In this document: positions 10,320 through 18,407 of the stretch, in pieces | How the letters are laid out: each line of letters begins with the position of its first letter | Position numbering within the stretch: position 1 is the stretch's first letter | Origin: a virus | Taxonomy: Duplodnaviria > Caudoviricetes | Length of the DNA stretch: 64,000 nt | Direction: 5' to 3' (one strand) | IMG/VR virus record: IMGVR_UViG_3300043036_000358 | Span: 8,975-72,974 of that record | The notes under the pieces: generated by a model | The model's input: only the letters and a program-made list of their open reading frames with translations | What the model was told of the DNA's origin: nothing | The model's database searches: none | Program-made: the position numbers and the translations under genes

Positions 10320-10619
10320 ATGATTAAAATTGAACGAATTACGGCTAAAAACCCAACATTACTACGTAATGGAGTGCGTCAGCCTGTTACGCAGAATATG
10401 ACAGTAACTTCTGCAGAAATTGCAAGTATTGAGGCAACTGATGGTAATATTATATACTCAGTTGATGAACTGGACATAGAAACAATCACATTTCCTGCAA
10501 AACCAGTTGATACACCACCAGCACCTAAATCCGCCGTAAAACCAGTTATCAAGCAGCCACAACCCAAGGTTGCCGAGCCAGTTGTGGAACCTGGAAGTGA
10601 AGAAAAAGCGCCTGAGTAA
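10320..10619 (+). CDS. Hypothetical protein with Pro/Lys-rich C-terminus
   Basis: Tightly packed between D13-like and D14-like genes; GAGG RBS. Confidence 0.6.
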   Translation: MIKIERITAKNPTLLRNGVRQPVTQNMTVTSAEIASIEATDGNIIYSVDELDIETITFPAKPVDTPPAPKSAVKPVIKQPQPKVAEPVVEPGSEEKAPE

Positions 10620-11077
10620 TGGTCGTAGACGCTAGAGCCAAGGGAGCGCGTACTGAAACCACAGTACGCGATCTTTTGCGTAAACATACCGGTTTAGGGT
10701 GGGAACGTATTCCTGGAAGCGGTGCCCTTGACCCTAAACATTTGCTAAAAGGTGACTTATACGTGCCTGGGCGAACTAACCTTTGGTGTGTAGAAGTAAA
10801 AGGTTATGCAGAAGACCACGTTACATCACACTTGCTGACTTCAAAAACTCCGCAGCTAGTGGAATTTTGGGAACAAAGTGTTCGTCAAGGCAAGCAAGTT
10901 GATAAGAAACCACTGCTAATCTTTAAGTTTGACCGAAGCAAAGTGTTTGTGGCTTTTGATGATATGCCTAACTCGCAAGCGTATCGTTGTATTTACTACA
11001 ATCACGAAACGCATGAGTTTTATGTTGCTCTCTTAGAAGATTGGTTGAAGTATGAGCAACCACAATTTGTGACTTGA
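10619..11077 (+). CDS. D14: PD-(D/E)xK endonuclease/Holliday junction resolvase (T5 D14-like)
   Basis: RAKGARTE, GSGA..KGDL, VEVK motifs. Confidence 0.82.
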   Translation: MVVDARAKGARTETTVRDLLRKHTGLGWERIPGSGALDPKHLLKGDLYVPGRTNLWCVEVKGYAEDHVTSHLLTSKTPQLVEFWEQSVRQGKQVDKKPLLIFKFDRSKVFVAFDDMPNSQAYRCIYYNHETHEFYVALLEDWLKYEQPQFVT

Positions 11078-11102
11078 ACAAAAGCGGTTAATAGTGTATA
11101 AT
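11074..11102 (+). promoter_or_regulatory. Sigma70-type promoter
   Basis: TTGAAC-17 nt-TATAAT. Confidence 0.7.
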
Positions 11103-11128
11103 ATACACTTAACCACAAAGAATACACT

Positions 11129-11974
11129 ATGAGTATTACATTTAAAAAAGCAACTGAATCAAACAATACTCTGCTGATCGTAGATGCGTTAAACTTGGCT
11201 TTTCGCTATAAACATAGCGGAGCCACAGATTTTGCCACAGACTACATTCGCACAGTAGATAGCCTAAAGAAAAGCTACAAAGCATCACACGTTATCATTG
11301 CTTGTGACCAAGGCAGTTCTAGCTATCGCAAAGCACTAAGCCCAGAATACAAACAAAATCGTAAAGACAAGCAAGAACAACAAACTGACGCTGAACGCGC
11401 AGCTTTTGAGTTGTTCTTTGAAGACTTCCTAGATACTATTGCTACAATCGAAACCACCACTAGCTACCCAGTGCTGCGTTTTCAAGGCGTAGAAGCAGAC
11501 GATATTGCTGCATACATTGTATCGCAAAAATCTAAATTAAGCACTGATGATATATGGCTTATCTCTAGTGACCGAGACTGGGACTTGCTTGTACAACCAG
11601 CTGTTTCGCGCTTTAGCTACGTCACACGCAAAGAAGTTACACTAGATAATTGGAATGACCACTATGATTTTAACCCTGAAGACTATATTAGTATTAAGTG
11701 CCTTACAGGTGATAGTGGCGACAATGTCGCTGGTGTCCCCGGCATTGGTCCTAAACGTGCTGTTTCTCTTATTAATGAATGGGGTAGCACTTATGACATT
11801 ATCGCTAGTATCCCTATTGCAGGCAAGTACAAATATATTCAAGAACTCAATAAGTGCAAAGACATCTTGATGCTAAACTACCAACTAATGGACTTAGTAA
11901 CACACTGTCACGAAGCCATTGGTAGTGATAATATTACCACAATTGACCAAACACTAAAAACCTACTTAAAATGA
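11129..11974 (+). CDS. D15: 5'-3' exonuclease/flap endonuclease (T5 D15-like)
   Basis: LIVDALNLAFR, GVEADD, SSDRDWD, LTGDSGDNVAGVPGIGPKRA. Confidence 0.95.
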   Translation: MSITFKKATESNNTLLIVDALNLAFRYKHSGATDFATDYIRTVDSLKKSYKASHVIIACDQGSSSYRKALSPEYKQNRKDKQEQQTDAERAAFELFFEDFLDTIATIETTTSYPVLRFQGVEADDIAAYIVSQKSKLSTDDIWLISSDRDWDLLVQPAVSRFSYVTRKEVTLDNWNDHYDFNPEDYISIKCLTGDSGDNVAGVPGIGPKRAVSLINEWGSTYDIIASIPIAGKYKYIQELNKCKDILMLNYQLMDLVTHCHEAIGSDNITTIDQTLKTYLK

Positions 11975-12447
11975 GCAATTTTTTAAATATTAACCGAAAT
12001 TACGACCATCATACTGGCAAAGACATAAAACAAGTACTGGAATGTCAAGTACAGCCTGGAGCACAACTACCAAAGCGTGCACATCCTACAGATGCCGGAG
12101 CAGATTTGTTTAGTTATGAATCTTGCGAAATCTATCCTGGAGAACAAAAACTTGTTGATACGGGTATAGCGATAAAAATTCCAGAGGGTTACGGAGGCTT
12201 TATTTTCAATCGCAGCTCGCAAGGCAAAAAAGGCATTACAATCCCTCATAGTGTTGGCGTAATAGATGCTGACTATCGTGGAAATTTAAAAGTCCTGCTA
12301 AAAAATATTGGCGAAGACCCTTATAAAATCGAGGTTGGCGACCGAATTGCTCAGCTGGTTATTATGCCAGTGTTGCTGCCGGAATTTAAAGATATTTGGA
12401 ATGACACGGTAAGAGGGGTTGGTGGTTTTGGAAGTACCGGACAATAA
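11971..12447 (+). CDS. dut: Trimeric dUTPase
   Basis: AGADL, RSS, GVIDADYRG, GDRIAQL, RGVGGFGSTG. Confidence 0.97.
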   Translation: MSNFLNINRNYDHHTGKDIKQVLECQVQPGAQLPKRAHPTDAGADLFSYESCEIYPGEQKLVDTGIAIKIPEGYGGFIFNRSSQGKKGITIPHSVGVIDADYRGNLKVLLKNIGEDPYKIEVGDRIAQLVIMPVLLPEFKDIWNDTVRGVGGFGSTGQ

Positions 12448-12461
12448 ACTAGAAAGAATAA

Positions 12462-12719
12462 ATGAACAAAGTAACAATAGAAAGACTCCTTGGGAAGATA
12501 GTAAGTGAAACATATACTATCCTGCCTAGCGGTAAAGTGTTGGTGTGTGAGTTAGTGCTAGAAAACGGATTTTCTGTTCGAGGCGAGGCTGCTGTGGTAA
12601 GCAAAGAGAATTTCAACGAGGAAATTGGCCGCAAGATTAGCAAAGAGAATGCAATTAACAGTATTTGGCAACTAGAAGGCTACTTACTACAAGAAGAACT
12701 TTACAAAGGAAATAAATGA
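12462..12719 (+). CDS. Small phage protein (N4 gp49/Sf6 gp66-like)
   Basis: VCELVLENGFSVRGE..V..ENFNEEIGRKI..ENAINSIWQLEGYLL pattern recalled for that family. Confidence 0.7.
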   Translation: MNKVTIERLLGKIVSETYTILPSGKVLVCELVLENGFSVRGEAAVVSKENFNEEIGRKISKENAINSIWQLEGYLLQEELYKGNK

Positions 12720-14683
12720 ACTCACCATCAACACGAGCGCAGGTAATAACTCGCAGGACCTATAATAGGCCCACTAGCGACGACGGAAAAGAATTTGAAA
12801 CATGGCAAGAAACAGTTGCCAGAGTTATTGACCACCAAGAGTGGTTGTGGGCACGAGTAGTAGACCGTGATTTAAATGACGTAGAGTACGCAGAACTTTA
12901 TGATCTTGAGCAATTAATGCTAGATCGCAAGGTTCTAATGAGTGGTCGTACACTCTGGCTAGGCGGTACTGATGTTGCTAAAACTCGTGAGGCTTCGCAA
13001 TTTAATTGCAGCTTTACACACGTTGAAACAATCTATGACGTAGTAGATTGCTTGTGGCTACTGCTACAAGGTTGCGGCGTTGGATTCAAGCCAATTGTTG
13101 GTACATTAAATGGTTTTTCAAAGCCAATTAAAAATATTAAGGTAGTACGTAGTACTCGTACTACAAAAGGTGGTAATGAAGAAAACGTTGAATACTGGGA
13201 AGAAGCAACTAAAACTTGGACTATTCAGGTCGGAGATTCCGCAGAAGCTTGGGCAAAGTCTGTTGGAAAGCTGCTTGCGGGTAAGTATCCTGCTGATACT
13301 CTCGTACTTGATTTTTCACAACTTCGACCTGCTGGCGAAAGGTTAAAAGGCTATGGTTGGATTTCAAGTGGCGACAGCGCTATATCAACTGCATATGTGG
13401 CTATTGCAAATATCCTCAACGGCCGTGCTGATAGTTTACTTACTCGGATGGATATTCTTGACATTGTTAACCATCTCGGTACTATTCTTAGTAGCCGTCG
13501 CAGTGCGGAAATTGCTTTGTTCGATTATGGTCAACCAGAGTGGGAAGAATTCGCAGTAGCCAAAAAAGACTGGTGGTTGCATAACAATGCGCACCGTACA
13601 CAATCAAACAACAGTTTAGTATTTAAAGAAAAGCCGCTTAAGTCTGACCTAGAGAAAATCTTTGGAATGATGATTGAAGCAGGCGGTTCAGAACCAGGAT
13701 TTATTAATGAAGTCGAAGCACTCCGCCGCGCTCCATGGTTTAAGGGAGCCAATCCATGCGTTGAAATCTTACTCGGTAACAAGGCTTTCTGTAACCTTAC
13801 CGAAACTGACATTGCCAAGTTCAAAGGCGACACTGCCGGTTTGCACAACGCTATACGACTGGCAGCTCGTGCCAACTACCGACAAACGTGTGTTAACTTA
13901 CAGGACGGCATACTTCAAGAATCTTGGCATCTTAACAACTATTTCTTACGACTTTGCGGTGTAGGCCTAACAGGTATTGCAATGCGTCCAGATATGGGAA
14001 GTTATGACTACGAATACTTAAAGCGTACTGCTACCAGTGCTGCTGTTGGTATGAGTCAAGAGCTTGGATTGCCTGCTCCTAAAAACGTAACTTGCGTTAA
14101 GCCGTCTGGTACCTTATCAAAGATCATGGACACTACAGAAGGTGTTCACAAACCACTAGGAAAGTATATTTTCAACAATGTACAATTTAGCAAACATGAC
14201 CCGGTGGTTGAGAAGCTACGTGAAGCGAATTACCGTGTTATTAATCATCCTGTTGATGATTCTGGAGTGCTTGTTACGTTTCCGGTAATGTGGGACGGAG
14301 TTCCTTTTGATAAAGTTGACGGCAAAGAAGTTAATATTGAGTCAGCTATTGTTCAGCTAGAACGCTATAAACTCCTACAAACTTCTTGGAATCAACAGAA
14401 CACATCAGTAACCATTAGCTACGACCCAACCGAAGTTACTGGTATTATTGAATGGTTGTTAGATAACTGGGATTGTTATGTTGGCGTAAGTTTTATCTAC
14501 CGAACAGACCCAACTAAAACAGCCAAAGACCTAGGTTACTTATATCTTCCACAAGAAGTAGTAACTGAACATGACTACCACGAGTATGTTAAAACACTAG
14601 GCAGTGTTGATCTTAACAACACCAACAGCTTCGATGAAATCACCGATGCCGAATGTGCCACGGGCGCTTGCCCAATTAAATAA
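12716..14683 (+). CDS. nrdJ: Class II (adenosylcobalamin-dependent) monomeric ribonucleotide reductase
   Basis: FNCSF, NPCVEI radical Cys motif, TCVKPSGTLS, C-terminal CATGACPIK; no beta-subunit gene nearby. Confidence 0.93.
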   Translation: MNSPSTRAQVITRRTYNRPTSDDGKEFETWQETVARVIDHQEWLWARVVDRDLNDVEYAELYDLEQLMLDRKVLMSGRTLWLGGTDVAKTREASQFNCSFTHVETIYDVVDCLWLLLQGCGVGFKPIVGTLNGFSKPIKNIKVVRSTRTTKGGNEENVEYWEEATKTWTIQVGDSAEAWAKSVGKLLAGKYPADTLVLDFSQLRPAGERLKGYGWISSGDSAISTAYVAIANILNGRADSLLTRMDILDIVNHLGTILSSRRSAEIALFDYGQPEWEEFAVAKKDWWLHNNAHRTQSNNSLVFKEKPLKSDLEKIFGMMIEAGGSEPGFINEVEALRRAPWFKGANPCVEILLGNKAFCNLTETDIAKFKGDTAGLHNAIRLAARANYRQTCVNLQDGILQESWHLNNYFLRLCGVGLTGIAMRPDMGSYDYEYLKRTATSAAVGMSQELGLPAPKNVTCVKPSGTLSKIMDTTEGVHKPLGKYIFNNVQFSKHDPVVEKLREANYRVINHPVDDSGVLVTFPVMWDGVPFDKVDGKEVNIESAIVQLERYKLLQTSWNQQNTSVTISYDPTEVTGIIEWLLDNWDCYVGVSFIYRTDPTKTAKDLGYLYLPQEVVTEHDYHEYVKTLGSVDLNNTNSFDEITDAECATGACPIK

Positions 14684-14692
14684 TAGAAACCT

Positions 14693-14863
14693 ATGAATAA
14701 CAAAGAATTAACCTTTACTTTTACCGTTGACGAAGCCAATGCTATTCTAGCAGGCTTACAAGAACTACCTGCTAAAGTTTGCAATCCGCTATCAGCCAAG
14801 ATTCAACAACAAGCTAGTGGTCAACTAGAGTCGGAAACCAAAGCCGACGAAGTAGCCGAATAA
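14693..14863 (+). CDS. Small hypothetical protein, 56 aa (MNNKELTFTFTVDEANAILAGLQELPAKV...)
   Basis: Hand-translated ORF between nrdJ and the terminator; below the ORF-track cutoff. Confidence 0.7.
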   Translation: MNNKELTFTFTVDEANAILAGLQELPAKVCNPLSAKIQQQASGQLESETKADEVAE

Positions 14864-14877
14864 ATTTTAGGCCAAAC

Positions 14878-14914
14878 AAAAAGCCCCCGCGTTGCAAAAC
14901 TCGGGGGCTTTTTT
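14878..14914. terminator. Terminator closing the replication block (possibly bidirectional)
   Basis: AAAAAGCCCCCG / CGGGGGCTTTTTT. Confidence 0.85.
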
Positions 14915-15016
14915 GTCGTTAAAAATTGTCAGGGTGCGCCAATGCACTTGCCCAAAAATACCCTGCATAATTTCTTATTACCGTGCATTTTAACTCCTGG
15001 AACCCTAAAAGTTGGG

Positions 15017-15045
15017 TTGCAGTACATACCATTTTGTTGTATAAT
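15017..15045 (+). promoter_or_regulatory. Sigma70-type promoter of the accessory operon
   Basis: TTGCAG-17 nt-TATAAT, same -35 as the promoter at 5703. Confidence 0.75.
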
Positions 15046-15125
15046 TATATCAGTTCTTAAATTTTTAGGAGCTGCGCGATGATACGCAGTATCATATCAA
15101 TCCACTACACAGAGATTAATTTTAT

Positions 15126-16055
15126 ATGGATGATACTACAACTAGCGTACCTATTTCTACAGCAGCAGCTGAAGAAGCTATGGATGCGCTCAAGAAACAA
15201 GCTAGCTTTGCGGAACAATATTATGCAAAACTAGCATCTCAAGTTAAAGAAACCTTAAAGGAAAATAAAATGGCAGAAGTAATGACACCCGGTATGATTA
15301 TGGGTATGGGCAACGGCGGCGGTGATGGTTTATTTGGTGGCGGAGGCGGCTTAGTAGGTGGTCTTATCCTAGGAAGCCTATTGCGCAACGGTAATGGCGG
15401 ATTTTTAGGTGGTGATGGTAATGGTGCTGGTGCAGCACTAGGCGCAACACTACGTAACCCACCAGAACAAAACCAAGCTAATATGGATTTAATGGCTAGT
15501 ATTGGGCAAGTTGACAAAGCAGTTGCAGTTTCAACAGCAGCAATGGAAGCTTCACAAGCTCTACAAAGTTCTAGCATTGTTAGTCAACTAAACAACGTAG
15601 CTGGTTCACTAGCTTCTCGTGTTGACAATGTAAAAGATATTGTTAATGCTAATGCAGTTGCGCTAATGCAAGGTCAAGCAGCTATTCAGCAAAACATCAT
15701 GGAAAATCGTTATGAATTATCCAAGGATATTACTAACGATGGTGAAAAGACTCGTGCATTGATTACATCACAGTACGAACTAAACCTACAGCGTCAATTA
15801 GCTGATGCAAATGCAGCGATTATTGAACTACGTAGCCGTGAGTACAGTGGTAACACAGCACGTGGTATTGAAGTTACTACAACAAACAACATCAACCAGA
15901 TGCAACAACAACAGCAACAACAAGCTCAGTATGGTCAACTGGCCAATCTGATTTGGAGCTTAGGTCAAAGCATCCGTAACGATAACAGCGCAATCAACGT
16001 TGGTAGCGGTACACAAACTTCTACACCAACAAACACAAATACTAACATTCGTTAA
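15126..16055 (+). CDS. Gly-rich / coiled-coil / polyGln protein of unknown function; second in-frame start at 15270
   Basis: 309 codons with strongly biased phage-type codons; AAGGA RBS before internal ATG 15270. Confidence 0.8.
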   Translation: MDDTTTSVPISTAAAEEAMDALKKQASFAEQYYAKLASQVKETLKENKMAEVMTPGMIMGMGNGGGDGLFGGGGGLVGGLILGSLLRNGNGGFLGGDGNGAGAALGATLRNPPEQNQANMDLMASIGQVDKAVAVSTAAMEASQALQSSSIVSQLNNVAGSLASRVDNVKDIVNANAVALMQGQAAIQQNIMENRYELSKDITNDGEKTRALITSQYELNLQRQLADANAAIIELRSREYSGNTARGIEVTTTNNINQMQQQQQQQAQYGQLANLIWSLGQSIRNDNSAINVGSGTQTSTPTNTNTNIR

Positions 16056-16068
16056 TATTTAGGTTACT

Positions 16069-16103
16069 AAGCCCCCAAGACCACAAGTCGTGGGGGCTTT
16101 TTT
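16069..16103 (+). terminator. Internal terminator after the first accessory gene
   Basis: AAGCCCCCA / TGGGGGCTT stem followed by TTTTTT. Confidence 0.8.
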
Positions 16104-16117
16104 CATAAGGAATAAGA

Positions 16118-17047
16118 ATGTTATTTCAACAACAACAACAAGGTCCATTTGGCTGGCCAATGGGACCTTTTATACCTATAGCCCCTATTATTGATGACTG
16201 TGATTTATTTATCAACAGCATAGTAAACGGTCAACCAGGGCCGCCTGGACCAGCAGGACCAGCAGGACCAGAAGGGCCACCGGGACCTGAAGGGCCGCCA
16301 GGGCCGCCAGGACCTGGCAGTGTATCAAATTTTGCTGACTTTTTTGCACTAATGCCACCTGATAATGCAGCAACAGTTGCTGTGGGTGCTGACGTGGACT
16401 TCCCTCAAGATGGACCTACATCAGCTACAACTATTACCAGAATATCTCCTAGTTCTTTTAATTTAGCAGATATTGGCTCTTATTTAGTACAATTTCAAGC
16501 TAGCGTAGACGAAGCCGGACAGCTCATACTAACGCTAAATGGCGTTGATTTGGCCTATACTGTTAGCGGTCGTGCAACAGGAACTAACCAAATTGTCGGT
16601 ACAGTAATTGTTACGACTACTGTTGCAAATTCTGTTTTAACAGTACGCAACCCAGCAGGAAACTCAACTGCATTAACAATCACACCTAATGCTGGAGGCA
16701 CTAGACCTGCCTCTGCGCAGCTCGTAATTGTTCAGTTGAACGGAACTGGAGTAACTCCGGTAGCTCCTAGTCCTGTGCCTACAACTATTGTGACCACTAC
16801 ACCATATGCAGTGCTATTAACTGATTACTACTTAGCCGTAAACGTAGCAGGGCCAGCTAGTGTAGTATTACCGGTTGCACCCGTTGGTACGGTCTTTGTT
16901 GTAAAAGACACAGATGGTGATGCCAATATTAGCCCAATTACAGTAACTGCTAGCACTACTATTGATGGTACAGCTAGTGCACTTATTAACTCACCATACG
17001 GTAGCCTAACCTTTATATTTAACGGCACCGAGTGGAACATTGTTTAA
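16118..17047 (+). CDS. Short collagen-like repeat + BclA-CTD-like domain + C-terminal beta module
   Basis: About nine GPx triplets, then FADFFALMPPDNAATVA...SAQLVIVQL recalled as the BclA-type C-terminal domain of collagen-like proteins. Confidence 0.7.
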   Translation: MLFQQQQQGPFGWPMGPFIPIAPIIDDCDLFINSIVNGQPGPPGPAGPAGPEGPPGPEGPPGPPGPGSVSNFADFFALMPPDNAATVAVGADVDFPQDGPTSATTITRISPSSFNLADIGSYLVQFQASVDEAGQLILTLNGVDLAYTVSGRATGTNQIVGTVIVTTTVANSVLTVRNPAGNSTALTITPNAGGTRPASAQLVIVQLNGTGVTPVAPSPVPTTIVTTTPYAVLLTDYYLAVNVAGPASVVLPVAPVGTVFVVKDTDGDANISPITVTASTTIDGTASALINSPYGSLTFIFNGTEWNIV

Positions 17048-17056
17048 GGAACAAAC

Positions 17057-17455
17057 ATGTCATATACAAATAACCCAACCTCAATCCTAGCCGGTACAGG
17101 TATTACAGTAACACCAACAACAGGTACAGGTGCTAATACTATTACAATTAGTGCAACTGGAACACCAGTTCAAGCAGTGCAAATTGCTGTAGCAACACCA
17201 GTTACGGTAACAAATGCCGATGACATAGTAAGTGTTGAAGTACCAGGTCCTGTTGCTGTAGCAGTTAATCTACCTGCTGGCGTTACTGGACAAATATTTT
17301 ACGTTAAAGATGGACTAGGTTTAGCAGCACCTGCAACGCCTATTACTATTACTCCTGTTGCAGGTACCATCGATGGTTCGGCAACAGCTACTATTGACAC
17401 ACCTTATGGAGCATTAACCCTAGCGTACAGTGGTGTGCAGTGGTTAATATTGTAA
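17057..17455 (+). CDS. Small Thr/Val-rich beta-module protein
   Basis: AAGGA RBS; shares the LP.G..G....VKD..G...PIT...TIDG...PYG.L motif with neighbours. Confidence 0.75.
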   Translation: MSYTNNPTSILAGTGITVTPTTGTGANTITISATGTPVQAVQIAVATPVTVTNADDIVSVEVPGPVAVAVNLPAGVTGQIFYVKDGLGLAAPATPITITPVAGTIDGSATATIDTPYGALTLAYSGVQWLIL

Positions 17456-17456
17456 T

Positions 17457-17930
17457 ATGTCCTATACTAGACAACCTAACTCGGTACTAGCGGGTAGGGC
17501 TTTGGCCCAAAGTCCTGCTGCTAGTACAACATCACCACCTGGTGTAGTACCAGTTACACTTCATGCTAATATTTCAACTACGACTGAACTGGGCGTAGTG
17601 CAAGTTGGTAGTGGTTTAAGCATAACGCCACTTGGTGTGTTATCAGTAGAAACCGCAGGACTAGTACAAGTAAAAATAACTAATGTTAACTATACAGCAT
17701 TAGCTAGCGATTATTATATTGGTGCTAATAGTAATGGTATAACTATTACACTGCCAACAGGCGTTACGGGTAAAATTTACATAGTAAAAAATCAAGTAAA
17801 TGGAAACATAACTCTGGTAGGTACTGGTGGGCAACAAATCGACAGCAGCAATACTAAAACTTTAGGTTCTAATGATTGCGTTATTGTGTTATTCAACGGC
17901 ACTCGCTGGAGTATAATCTCAGAGGAATAA
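17457..17930 (+). CDS. Beta-module protein with a fibre-type TELGVVQVGSGLSI motif
   Basis: Paralogous N-terminus (MSYT..P.S.LAG) and C-terminal module shared with 17057..17455. Confidence 0.75.
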   Translation: MSYTRQPNSVLAGRALAQSPAASTTSPPGVVPVTLHANISTTTELGVVQVGSGLSITPLGVLSVETAGLVQVKITNVNYTALASDYYIGANSNGITITLPTGVTGKIYIVKNQVNGNITLVGTGGQQIDSSNTKTLGSNDCVIVLFNGTRWSIISEE

Positions 17931-17931
17931 A

Positions 17932-18369
17932 ATGGAAGAACTAAAACTTGCGCTTAAACGCGCTTTTGCAACAACTTATGCGTTCCTAGTAAAAGCCGAA
18001 AACTTTCACTGGAACGTAACAGGCCCAAACTTTGTGCAACATCACGAATTGTTTGGTAAAATATACGACGAGGTAGATGATGAGCTGGATGACTTTGCTG
18101 AGCGTTTGCGCGCTTTACGCTGTTATGTGCCTGCTAGTTTCGCACAACTTAGTGAAAATTCGGCGATTTTGGATACGTTGGAAATATTACCACCAACCGA
18201 AATGGTACGTACACTATACGTTGACAACGGAAAAATACACACGGCGCTAATGGCGGCCTATGCACTTGCTGAAACTGAAGGTGAACACGGACTTAGTGCG
18301 TTTTTAAGTGAACGCATTGATGCACACCGCAAACACGGTTGGATGTTGTATTCAACAATGCAACCATAA
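17932..18369 (+). CDS. dps: Dps-family ferritin-like protein
   Basis: FHWNVTGPNF..HH and D..AERLRAL ferroxidase signature; GWML C-terminus. Confidence 0.93.
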   Translation: MEELKLALKRAFATTYAFLVKAENFHWNVTGPNFVQHHELFGKIYDEVDDELDDFAERLRALRCYVPASFAQLSENSAILDTLEILPPTEMVRTLYVDNGKIHTALMAAYALAETEGEHGLSAFLSERIDAHRKHGWMLYSTMQP

Positions 18370-18370
18370 C

Positions 18371-18405
18371 AAAAAGCCCCTAACTAGCAATAGTTAGGGG
18401 CTTTT
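18371..18405. terminator. Bidirectional terminator between convergent blocks
   Basis: AAAAAGCCCCTAACTA-GCAA-TAGTTAGGGGCTTTT. Confidence 0.9.
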
Positions 18406-18407
18406 CT

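Noticed and set aside
1382-14683. Inteins or group I introns in pol, helicase, nrdJ (and terL)
   Set aside because: Proteins are of normal length with contiguous motifs and no splice-junction signatures
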